Shown: in pieces, positions 12,301 through 17,222 of the stretch
Position numbering within the stretch: the stretch's first letter is position 1
Layout: each line of letters opens with the position of its first letter
NCBI GenBank assembly: GCA_041650935.1
Contig: JBAZKH010000004.1
Location: forward strand, 5,040 to 69,039
Direction: 5' to 3'
Origin: Candidatus Omnitrophota bacterium
Lineage (GTDB): Bacteria; Omnitrophota; Gorgyraeia; 2-01-FULL-45-10
DNA length: 64,000 nt
The notes under the pieces: model-generated
The model's database searches: none
What the model saw: only the letters and a program-made list of their open reading frames with translations
What the model was told of the DNA's origin: nothing
Position numbers and translations under genes: made by a program

Positions 12301-15300
12301 CCGGCAAGCGCCATATTTCGCGTGTATTTATTGAATGTATTAAGCCTTTCTGCTATTACTCCTTTCGGCGGTATCACAGGTCTTGTATTAAATATCCTGC
12401 AATTTGCGGTAGTTTCAGCCATTCATTACAGATGGAATATCGGATACCTTGCTTCTACAACTAAAGAACCCCCTGCAGAATTAAAGGTGCCGGCCGATTT
12501 AAAAAGAGATATCATGATCTCTTTCGCAAGCGTAAGCATGTTCTTTGGAATTCTTGGAATTATTAATTTAGGCGGTTTTGTATCTATAGGTATGCTAATT
12601 GGCGGTATCGCTGTCATGGTATTCTATATCCTTAAAAGGGAATCCGATGAAGAAAGGGATCTGGTCAACAAGCGGATGGAATTGATGATACCCCATGAAC
12701 TCGTCGGGCGCATGCATAGTATGCTGCACGATTATTATAGCAAAATAGCTCCGGTCGGCGGTAACAGCTTTTTACAGCCCGTAATCCTTGTGGACAAAGA
12801 GTGTAAAGATAGAGTGATAAAAAGGCTGAGGTTTGATTTGGACATTTACGACGAAATGGAAAGGCATATAAACAGCACATGGCGTTCGCCGCGCGCTGTA
12901 AGAGAAGCGGCCCTTCTCCCCGTAGAAGCGCGTCACAAAAAATGGCGTGAAACTATCATAGCGCAGTTAGGGCTTAAGTATGAAGCGAGGGAACGAAGGG
13001 GCTTAAGCATAACAGGTATTTACGATGTTGCCGGAGATGTTGACGAAGAGTATATACGCATGATCGGGGACCTGGCCCTGGATTACCGTGTAAATCCAAT
13101 CCTGGTGACTACGGACGAAAAAGTTGCCGACCGGCTGATTAGAAATATGCGCGCGTCGGGCGTAGTGAAGTTTGACTTACGAGTCGGCTCGCCGGAACCC
13201 GTTGAAAATTATGAGGCTCCAAATATGCTCGAAATGCTCTCACCTGCCATCCGGGGAAAACTCGGCCGATTGTTATCGGAAAGGTTCCGTCCGGATCATT
13301 GGCATCCCGCGGCGGGGGTTATATTTGTAGACGACGCTGATGTGGAACCTGTGATGAAAGCCTTGGAAGAGGAACTGAAGTACCGGGTACCTTTTAATGT
13401 GATAAGAGGTAACTTATTATATTCCAGCGATGATCGCACAAAAGCCGGAAAGGAAAAGAGGCGGAGATATTACAGGGAACTTCAAGATGAGTTGGGAGTA
13501 AACGGTGATTTCCATTTCGAACCTGTCGCGTTAATAATAACCCGGGGGATGGATGAAGGATACGCGGCAATGCTTATGGGCTCAGATGCGAACAAGGAGT
13601 TTGCGCCTGTCTTGATAGTTCCGTCGGGAGCAAGAGCCGCGAAAGGTTTCGAAAAACTGGGCTCATCCAACCGGGTGGATTTCACATTTTACATGGATCT
13701 TAGAAGCGAAAAGTCCAGGCAGAAGGATCCGCTCCCTGAAAATAGTATCGCCGCGCATGCGGTAAAAGCGTGGGAAGAGCCTTTTGCCTGCGCCGGTTTT
13801 GCCGGAGGCCTTCCTTTTGGCTCGTCTGCCGCCGCAGTGCCTCATCTCGCGCCGGAATATAGGTATATAGGCGGGGCGGCGGGTTTTTTTGCGTCGGCGC
13901 CTTTCCTTATTGCTCAGCAGGGAACCCTCGGTCTGGCACTTGCGGTAATAATACCGGTCATCATGTTTCTGCCGGGATGGGGATTCCATGAACTTGGGCA
14001 CATAATAAACAGGGATTCCGCGAGAAACTCTTCCGATGAGATGTATGGCGGCCCGCTAGCCAGCGCTATATTATTTGCCATAACATCCGCCGCCGCGATA
14101 TTCTTTGCCTTCTCACCGGTCCAGGTACCGGTCATATTTACCAAAGTACCGCTGGCCGCTATCCTTACTTCCGCCGCCGCGAGTTACTTTGTCCACATCT
14201 TCGCGGATGAGAATGCGCTCATTATCAAACTGCGCTCCTCCGGGCTTGTTAAAAGGGCGGATAATTTTTATAAGCGCGGCGCCGCAGAGTTTTCGAACGG
14301 AAATTACATAGGAGCCATGCTTTTGTTCGATAAATCCATATGCGGTTACACCAGGATCGTCGAGAAATTTTCTTTTGTCCCCACCGGCTGTAAGGGCAAT
14401 ATTCTTTCGATGTTCCGGATGATGAAATCCATTATACGCTCGATCGAGATCAACGAACCTGGTGACGGCGAGAAGTCTCAATACCGTGATATTTGGAGAG
14501 GTTGTGATCACCGCATGACCAATTGCCTGAAGCTGATCGATTCGCATAGTAAGATATCCGCCCCGGCCAGAGAGATATCGATCCTGGAATTCCTTGCTGA
14601 CGATGAAGATGGCTCGGTCCAGCTCGCGCCGCGGTATATATTCGGCGGTATAGTTTTGGGCATAGCCGTCGCGGCGCCTCTTCTCTTTTTAGAGCTGGGA
14701 TGGTGGCCGCTTGCCTTAGACCTGGCGGTGATTACATCAATAGCTTCATTTACCGTGGGCTGGGTTGCCCATGAGCTTGGCCACTGGATAGGCGGAGATT
14801 TCGGCAGGACTAACGTCAAGGAGATGCGCGCCGGGCCGGCGGCGAGTCTCGCATTATTCGTAATAACATCCGCCGCCGCGATAATTTCATTTCTGTCACA
14901 CGCCCGGATATCGTTGATTTATCTGGACGTGCCGCTCTATAGCCTGTTTGCTTCCGCCGCCGCCAATTACCTGGTCCATATATTTGCCGACGGGGGCGCG
15001 CTATTCAGCGCCCGCGGTAAAGTTTCTCCGGAAGGATTGCTCGAAGAAGCGATCGGTCATTATGACGGAGGCGTAAAAGCTTTCAATGAGGATGATTATC
15101 TTGGGGCGATGATGGCGTTCGATAAAGCGATCTTAATATATAGCGAAGCATTAAAGCGATTCTCGATCGTACCGCCAGGCTGTGAGAGGATATTGAGAAA
15201 TATGTTACGGAAGATGGAAGAGATCGAGAAATTTATCAGTGGCAGGAAGTGGGATGAACAGATATACGAACCTTATTTAAAGCGATGGATACACTGCCAT

Positions 15301-16947
15301 AACCATTTGATCCATTATTTGGATATGGTCGCGACGTCGGGAAAAGTAAACGTTTCAAATGATAATACGTCCCGCCGCGGGTTGGGCGACGACGGATATT
15401 TTACACCCCGGGGTGTAATTCTCCTGCCCGCGGTCTTAGCGCTTGTTGCGGCTGTAAAAGAGGCCGGCTTTAAGTTTCCAAGTTTTAACGTGGATATCAG
15501 CCAGGTGCCGGCCGGCTATATAGTTACCTATGCTGTAGCAGGCGCTATTATTCTGTACTTTGCCGTCAAGATTTTAAGAGAGGCATATAAGATCATCGTT
15601 ACCGCGTTAAAGATTGCGGTAGGGTTAGCCCTGGTTTACGGTATCCTTGCCTACGCGGTCCCGTATATCACCGCGCACTGGCCGCAGATTACCGCTTCTT
15701 TCGGCGGACTGATGGAATGGCTCAACTCTTTAAAGAAGACCGGCGCCGCCGCGTTGTGGCTCGCGCCGGCCGGGCTCGGGGCAGCTATCTTGGGCTCAAT
15801 AATCGATATGCGAAGTTTTATGAATGGTGAAGAGGCGGGCCCCGCCCCAAGGAAACTCCTTATCGGGACGACGTCCGAAAAGATATACGATGAACTGAAG
15901 CCCAGAGTAGGCAGTGCCGGATTCCCGCAAGATATAGTTGCTGATGTGGTCTTGCTCAAAGATACGGTGTCTGCGGCTAAAGAATTGTCCGCCCGGGCCA
16001 GGGAGCAAAACCTCACAGGTGTCCTGGTCGACGACACGATCTCCATCGAGAATACAAGGACGGAACAATTCAAGCAAGACCTGGCCGAGGTTAAATTAAC
16101 AAGGGATTACGATATCGTATTCCGGGCGACGACGATAGATAATAGCGTCCGCGACCGGATAGACGATGTTATTAAAGCGCTCCTGCCGAGGCTCGGTAAG
16201 GTCGACTTCGACAAGGCAATACGCGAATATCAGAAGAAACATGCGGCTAAAGGCTTCAGCCTGGAAGAGGCCGAGAGGCTGGCTACATTGCGCAGGCTCG
16301 TTACGGAGCGCAGGGTCGATGAAAGGGTGAAGGATGCATATTACACCCCGGTCCCGGCCATCGATAGGTCTAGCCTGGCCAAACCGGTAGTCATAGTTAC
16401 AAGCGAGGATACGGCCCTCTCCGACCCGTACACCGTCGAGAACATGGACGAGGCCGCAAAACAGGGCATAGTAAGCTACATTGTCGGCGGAGACGATATA
16501 AAGAACGCGGAAGATATGCTCTTATTCTTACGCGCGGGCGGTTATGCGGGAGATGGCAGTATGGCCAGGTTCGTGAACAAGCACGACTACGCCTCCTATA
16601 GCGCGATGATGGATGCGATTGCGGGCCAGACTGGCACTTCCAGAGAATTCATAGGCGTGCGGGCCGCTAAGGGCGAACTTATGAAAGATGGTGAAAAGCC
16701 GGGCGCCGAAAAGTTCCTCGAGATCGAAGAGATAGAAGTGAATAATACCAGGGTCCTTGCCGCCATACACTCATACTCGGTGCTGGTCAACCTGGTTGTG
16801 GACGGGGCGGGCAAACTACCTCCGGGCGTTACCGATGAGCGTCAAGTTAGCGGTAAGTTCAGGTTTAACCCGATCCTGCCGATAGGCATAGATAAGGAGA
16901 TTGCAACATACAGGCACGCGATGCTCTTACTCAGCAGCGCCGCATAA
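1..16947 (+). CDS. Giant multidomain polytopic membrane protein, 5'-partial (at least 5,647 aa). It has M50-like HExxH modules, a GH144/DUF3131-like domain, a PEP-utilising-enzyme module, a GNAT-like domain and Gly/Pro tandem repeats.
   Basis: The reading frame is open from nt 1 (no stop before the first Met at 22) to TAA at 16945-16947. Many long hydrophobic segments alternate with recognisable soluble-domain motifs. A REP hairpin follows the stop. Confidence 0.8.
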   Translation, partial: LNWAARSLGFMLLSTPAHEFGHSMLARDARTERHIFLGYVKDAEGNAAKYGGILGNLLTASLFGIITAVSICFSGQMNGLHYYALFIITANLFSILSELIGIPFGRGDLSVTKTAPAESESAPATQPAETITPLARTGWLLSRAAIALSIGGLIAYPEILYGYLPIFIQGWLIIALLAGVSKIKDKFILKAGISFLGVVMITGMFQDIAVNGVLPIMAVESACKFAGALLARKIFTKEPLKKTIGTATKWSLGPAVTDQYYYNLVLYPFLQASFSKAHFGVWAPLLMASFDTALATLILHMWLSVAVGTILVENKDIFKEMAKARSVAKKVYPYNFLFWFTALLTGWIILYAFSLDASWLKVMLMPFKIVWIGVISEVMRRKFETEESAPPAGTKTVAGAGRVVRAVLIMVTFGIASLLFNTGTALANKANQQETPAATVEEVMDLSAKVYPGRDVEEKVRAMDAEKLTNTRDRLRKMWEKKLAEEAEKKQDVLIKASDPAVQAQFRKIAGENAVYFSPGVGYDTTTGLVYNHIKVDNGIIVSRMGFFNGTDIGLCLDSLKDSVKGNINIPGVTPVKAAQMIRKTLNTLLKIQRDPRLSHRGLFYWYQFNGENINVDPGHPIASSVDNGKLSLSLAAVAGGLLKEKGCRDIVRMAREIINEQNKPFRNADGRIVNGAWAELYDPVKGLLRAGVDSNSSFLTYWIDRKTNESRSAVAWAILNSGGQVPISAFTNMEAPVWPEPYETLGGKSVSRVLSWKGCKFEFADTSLWIDEGALSSAYREAALEFLTVMIDNNIGREKLPAFKSAAFGPDGTYRTYGTHSLAETEVRFNNQGEVCDGVASPHTIGLARLISPDVAATLMARLIANYPQLNTPFGLLDGIDTNGNVANTICGQNQGMLVIGLQGHENSKDVAAYLQSTGQYNLLKQIYAVQEITGLHSNTTPEDALRLIIAAEKRPHIAIPDKKQSPARHAPAPKPAAGYNLLADYALSSSSENMGGKAIISWHGGVLTVKHNPADGAGHSYAANNLKKPYILGEGEAIEIRGRGSFTLKLEGSTTILRKVDLDGTNGVFTVSDLPAGMSIGIMVIDNVKPGPPVIIKEIRVINTRGSVKTSLFKPAIPGLKIMRAAAGLGIFFAAPALLPAAEVAVRNTPGASLPLFAGLDPAVYVACGVIGFVALLLIGCMSAGMMLDKSRRKESHQAQFNRLGLQEAKKPTAHGTPGLPKSPAGSAKPHEETAGVALKAPVAPPARAPETVSVPPAEASVEHHTAREKTEEELREEGKALINGYFATINGHLAYLEGLRNKCAEKNTGAAWKEYGEEYQGVKMLIDGIREDIKKAYRAISREKSSIEKSIVKFLTEANVKLKNLAPGHVTGAGDQRFGTTGMVPAVWKKVIPVLRNWGLPARVIAAMGGFEEIFFSSIVVGCPGVAGKLIGGAFGHVGIGTYTGLAIGSLLSAWLFRRAHAKGVYHYDAGGELTRGPPSARAITILGVALRLAYFIPALLLPLNVPPLLLWAPFFTAAIHAIYNSILAPGLGLALGIANMRHAINSNEKSVQGKINRVIEKILAIPTIQQHGDEAAKFLNGFADSMPLLHKGEASEERLYEQMLIVYQYYRSAPKEIKFNNPYDEDGRSFGHTDIIFVGENRNNLESEVMKIIKKNCAVESKWAYVYGDTIIIVFEAIKKKGVYGTLNRQGMRAIRRDVENLINVGGERRKIAIEGTASDVHKIIIGAAHKLDLIHSVDVYGSNLAHPWDKPYIAGLKIKNEVRYFISTMLEIIAAFAAAGGPESTEAQILSSLIEPSITLIENRGKRCEICFKSCIDEEIRRYPGKRDELRRLKARVMKEFKKRNNVKKDDVEKEIQLFNRAVEGVVRELDEMIWRFKRGTTGSSKSIASAYEVVKGAFLEYDPASCEKIKSWIRGTDGPANLRGKNAITIVEHQARNYKKCYDKTPAKHHEFKSTMYEMYTMWNMLLNQLHRVRALDGGIDAVSLKDRVRAEQKRLQYAIIQLRSEIRASASRLYLEEFIDDVKRRAPRIIRTGGVTAMSAVEDLAGAAERLITGDKDVSETERESRRSGVRLVVMRLAELIEGDQLGPIEVKGKEDIVLFVEAMDPSRVWQIKRNWGDRVKTIVCPVGSSNSHWVVLARQLGFNVIAAARYRARKRLPMNPYDIETGQPVLVDTARGLVTINPKEETLNSYAERKKMLGSRERFYLSKAKEDACTKDGARLNVLADVGNLDQIPEVISRGAEGVGLYRTEWLYDGARRLTEDEMTKIFVKASEKLAAGKPLTLRLLDMREDKLPSTLAPSSYGGCDYYFSDQEGTRVAIEELRAMMKAYAKSRKKNIEILFPMVSSDDIPMIKKIVEGQKRMLINEGIPVEALNGIKIGGMIETPEAARDAERLFEYFDFIKVGMNDFYTESKPGTDRESDKDDEYFTTLNPVILGRLVHVAKAARIARKSLGFCGMWASSPRFALFLLRLTRIYPDISITSEIEELPRLKAIIRRSTVRECLQLFRPVRSIADAKTPVSSSDLLDKMARKKEKQVEARILQSAEYRRWKVEGAEAKLQAGAWTGLAERFGIRNYSPFIHAPFLEELAKVCLPLYIAGSVSWAVLGIAAFVFVALHIFNEPLPFAPRNIDPKEAAGGLVAERPVRIMASSGEVFDFRYQKVPKEGKAAFTLTAHDSAGRAVGFIDVVRDAYGQNAVYGPFSHDLHSGLKSDYGLYVRDEYRNGGIATGLLILAMAIAQSRGNDTFILGCPNIDQNISMEILVNKLSGQGVIFYKSSMGKYCVSLVGIRDKLPIALPYVVIGDKDKKFIERPWVILSWFARVFTAPLVAASAGIAIPVFGPSLFDKLGLVYMSGFSSNASGATILAMLVHLGINALAALVNKTSGAKSGYAAWAGKFYGRSGSPSDDPLSVRIKQYVKGEPFDELAQYIAHKTAPANKFAGAIRRFTSRFSSRITPDEKAHLERFASMLYIMGRNGAGLSEIFRSGISADTRAALQQNRRILALIDNYNDIVKEMVKVPAGPLEPAWSMEHVADIFARLHDEGSTGAAEKKYIRKMRKELGEFLIASPSFNSYLGNLKSRLMEAVMEERGWGKAVACFEDLIRSDTARHCLNDLDLLLAAKSDKYIMPYDIETIVKLVMIGLADRDGMIICHTAEAALNAILEEAYNPKYSNSKKRDLILNTVRNTKVMIDGREETVLSLVTRNAVEGNVLIRAEALETLKLLGEPGPKGGTGPEPLGPSGFGSGAGISAKSLLPIFIALTLFVSMGAKGDVPIWELLWNIAKSYPGPMLLFIAAVLFILASLIKEPDATINKAKTAKPADVSKPPEVPSSEPAVAYEPGTLNDKSGRISVMVFIFGVLLMAGSWICVKYGYTGAAGLLTPLAMSGPHMAIPVVFAIIFSAIGFSSGGFVSFLSLAASSAAKIFLCTAVKNNYYHNILAMMPGSIFNYSDMAAYAIGAIVIYLAYPDKRSIRGAFIFPLLIIAAILAGFEIMRPGSPVPAWHGFSWETIKSSPLQNLVPKGFSAAMLTGFAFIGMAAQFNGIGKKRPASSPDSPDGDPHRRLRRDYIIYGAVFHALSFAAFGYLSVLLVSSSSTVLLRSIAAPGVLYFLAQFASTMSFVAYGIGLLPPMEKFFISTHEKMRRWFVSEPLAWTVQYIISPFWVLPYMVISFGKRAGAIEAAADNERRISELEAEEVVEREFPGESVPVKETLKRFLTAYKMLVRGHSTINKVKFIYAGNKESPGNIKRVIDAVTQSLARESGIIMDQPEIERAIELSKAALALEYITKGSPVLIKANKSFSDKAEKLIIRAHKALGVISILLIFSHAFLANITITSIGFLGLAFAIGGFAAIMAVRFAPDGLIRKKGLELLSASDIPDLYRRAIIDKVIAMLADGRLPRKSYEDSVINSLSRVAKTDSDTESIRQYLDTRLMTEGNIFTRRRLEEYVTLTVNVGPKPLGPSGLGFGAGPKPLGPSGLGFGAGPKPLGPSGLGLRPEPDGSGSGAGPEPLGPSDLGFGAGMIPALRWIFQRTQNTRLKYLGMTERGQAVWEQAVFTAITNLLSWTGWYGGTIGAIFISWSVFYASHLGSVGGVRAPPASAIFRVYLLNVLSLSAITPFGGITGLVLNILQFAVVSAIHYRWNIGYLASTTKEPPAELKVPADLKRDIMISFASVSMFFGILGIINLGGFVSIGMLIGGIAVMVFYILKRESDEERDLVNKRMELMIPHELVGRMHSMLHDYYSKIAPVGGNSFLQPVILVDKECKDRVIKRLRFDLDIYDEMERHINSTWRSPRAVREAALLPVEARHKKWRETIIAQLGLKYEARERRGLSITGIYDVAGDVDEEYIRMIGDLALDYRVNPILVTTDEKVADRLIRNMRASGVVKFDLRVGSPEPVENYEAPNMLEMLSPAIRGKLGRLLSERFRPDHWHPAAGVIFVDDADVEPVMKALEEELKYRVPFNVIRGNLLYSSDDRTKAGKEKRRRYYRELQDELGVNGDFHFEPVALIITRGMDEGYAAMLMGSDANKEFAPVLIVPSGARAAKGFEKLGSSNRVDFTFYMDLRSEKSRQKDPLPENSIAAHAVKAWEEPFACAGFAGGLPFGSSAAAVPHLAPEYRYIGGAAGFFASAPFLIAQQGTLGLALAVIIPVIMFLPGWGFHELGHIINRDSARNSSDEMYGGPLASAILFAITSAAAIFFAFSPVQVPVIFTKVPLAAILTSAAASYFVHIFADENALIIKLRSSGLVKRADNFYKRGAAEFSNGNYIGAMLLFDKSICGYTRIVEKFSFVPTGCKGNILSMFRMMKSIIRSIEINEPGDGEKSQYRDIWRGCDHRMTNCLKLIDSHSKISAPAREISILEFLADDEDGSVQLAPRYIFGGIVLGIAVAAPLLFLELGWWPLALDLAVITSIASFTVGWVAHELGHWIGGDFGRTNVKEMRAGPAASLALFVITSAAAIISFLSHARISLIYLDVPLYSLFASAAANYLVHIFADGGALFSARGKVSPEGLLEEAIGHYDGGVKAFNEDDYLGAMMAFDKAILIYSEALKRFSIVPPGCERILRNMLRKMEEIEKFISGRKWDEQIYEPYLKRWIHCHNHLIHYLDMVATSGKVNVSNDNTSRRGLGDDGYFTPRGVILLPAVLALVAAVKEAGFKFPSFNVDISQVPAGYIVTYAVAGAIILYFAVKILREAYKIIVTALKIAVGLALVYGILAYAVPYITAHWPQITASFGGLMEWLNSLKKTGAAALWLAPAGLGAAILGSIIDMRSFMNGEEAGPAPRKLLIGTTSEKIYDELKPRVGSAGFPQDIVADVVLLKDTVSAAKELSARAREQNLTGVLVDDTISIENTRTEQFKQDLAEVKLTRDYDIVFRATTIDNSVRDRIDDVIKALLPRLGKVDFDKAIREYQKKHAAKGFSLEEAERLATLRRLVTERRVDERVKDAYYTPVPAIDRSSLAKPVVIVTSEDTALSDPYTVENMDEAAKQGIVSYIVGGDDIKNAEDMLLFLRAGGYAGDGSMARFVNKHDYASYSAMMDAIAGQTGTSREFIGVRAAKGELMKDGEKPGAEKFLEIEEIEVNNTRVLAAIHSYSVLVNLVVDGAGKLPPGVTDERQVSGKFRFNPILPIGIDKEIATYRHAMLLLSSAA
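1500..2800 (+). other. DUF3131/GH144-like (alpha/alpha)6 glucanase-like domain inside ORF1.
   Basis: The segment ...SSVDNGKLSLSLAAVAGGLL... through ...TPFGLLDGIDTNGNVANTICGQNQGMLVIGL... parallels the stand-alone GH144-like proteins in this window (STVDTAILVAGALTAGEYF ... YGFRDSIN ... GIGEAMILLPIEN). Confidence 0.4.
6270..7500 (+). other. PEP-utilising-enzyme module: a phosphohistidine swivel domain followed by a PEP-binding TIM-barrel domain.
   Basis: CPVGSSNSHWVVLARQLGFNVIAAA (His codon at 6418-6420) ends ...VDTARGLVTINP, matching the GGRTSHAAIIARELGIP...vdG..G.v.vnP pattern. Downstream, AEGVGLYRTEWLY, IKIGGMIETPEAA, VGMNDFYTE and GFCGMWASSP match the Enzyme I / PEP synthase TIM-barrel motifs. 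Confidence 0.6.
7960..8350 (+). other. GNAT N-acetyltransferase-like domain.
   Basis: YVRDEYRNGGIATGLLILAMAIAQSRG (8180-8212) has the RxxGxA acetyl-CoA motif A in a typical beta-alpha context. Confidence 0.45.
11875..12069 (+). repeat. In-frame 42-nt tandem repeat array of about four units, encoding GPKPLGPSGLGFGA.
   Basis: Units 11875-11916 and 11917-11958 are nucleotide-identical. Unit 3 (11959-12000) is identical for 33 nt and then diverges. After a 27-nt insert, unit 4 (12028-12069) has 4 substitutions. A diverged solitary copy (EPLGPSGFGSGAG) lies at about 9715-9765. Confidence 0.9.
13940..14470 (+). other. M50-like HELGH membrane module, copy 2, first unit of an internal tandem duplication.
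   Basis: WGFHELGHIINRD (HELGH at 13987-14001) is followed by ...GPLASAILFAITSAAAIFFAF..., ...SYFVHIFADENAL and a helical ...NYIGAMLLFDKSICGYTRIVEKFSFVPTGC... tail. Confidence 0.45.
14720..15250 (+). other. M50-like HELGH membrane module, copy 3, second unit of the tandem duplication.
   Basis: VAHELGHWIGGD (HELGH at 14770-14784) is followed by ...GPAASLALFVITSAAAIISF..., ...NYLVHIFADGGAL (an xDGG-type motif) and ...DYLGAMMAFDKAILIYSEALKRFSIVPPGC..., collinear with copy 2. Confidence 0.45.
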
Positions 16948-16953
16948 CCTATA

Positions 16954-16983
16954 TTCTTGCCGGGTGAATTCACCCGGCAAGAA
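16954..16983. repeat. REP family A copy 1: a perfect palindrome ttcttgccgggtgaattcacccggcaagaa.
   Basis: It lies 7 nt after the ORF1 stop. The same 24-nt core recurs at 33879 and 34585, both flanking a RAYT gene. Confidence 0.7.
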
Positions 16984-17010
16984 AGTGGTAATTGCGTAAA
17001 ATGTAAAAAA

Positions 17011-17087
17011 CACTACTGCGCGCCACCGCGGTAGTGGGTTAACTTTGCTCTTGCAGCCCCGCCAAGCGGTTGCAGAGCAAAGTTAAC
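17011..17087 (+). other. Two further stem-loops in the ORF1-ORF2 intergenic region.
   Basis: The first has cactac...gtagtg arms (17011-17036). The second has a 13-bp stem gttaactttgctc / gagcaaagttaac (17038-17050 / 17075-17087) enclosing an inner ccgc...gcgg hairpin. Confidence 0.5.
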
Positions 17088-17090
17088 CAT

Positions 17091-17112
17091 ATTTCCACCC
17101 CGGGGTGGAAAT
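17091..17112. repeat. REP family B copy 1: palindrome atttccaccccggggtggaaat.
   Basis: It is a perfect 22-nt palindrome. The same core recurs immediately after the ORF2 stop at 26675-26692. Confidence 0.6.
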
Positions 17113-17141
17113 TAAAATATAAAATAGTTAGTTTTTTTGTA

Positions 17142-17169
17142 TTGACATACCAGCTTAATATGGTAAACT
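17142..17169 (+). promoter_or_regulatory. σ70-like promoter for ORF2.
   Basis: -35 TTGACA (17142-17147), a 16-nt spacer, then extended -10 TGgTAAACT (17161-17169). RBS AAAGGAG at 17208-17214, 8 nt before the ATG at 17223. Confidence 0.4.
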
Positions 17170-17222
17170 TATTACACTATTTATTAATGTTAAAAAAGTT
17201 AGATATTAAAGGAGATAGAACT

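Noticed and set aside
17070-17222. The track's upstream extension of ORF2 (start at 17070). The longer track starts of other genes are similar: 26703, 28743/28761, 30155, 47154, 49067 and 61398.
   Set aside because: These extensions begin inside REP palindromes, terminator hairpins, promoter hexamers or the preceding gene. In each case an internal ATG/GTG with a good RBS and a signal peptide gives a more plausible start.
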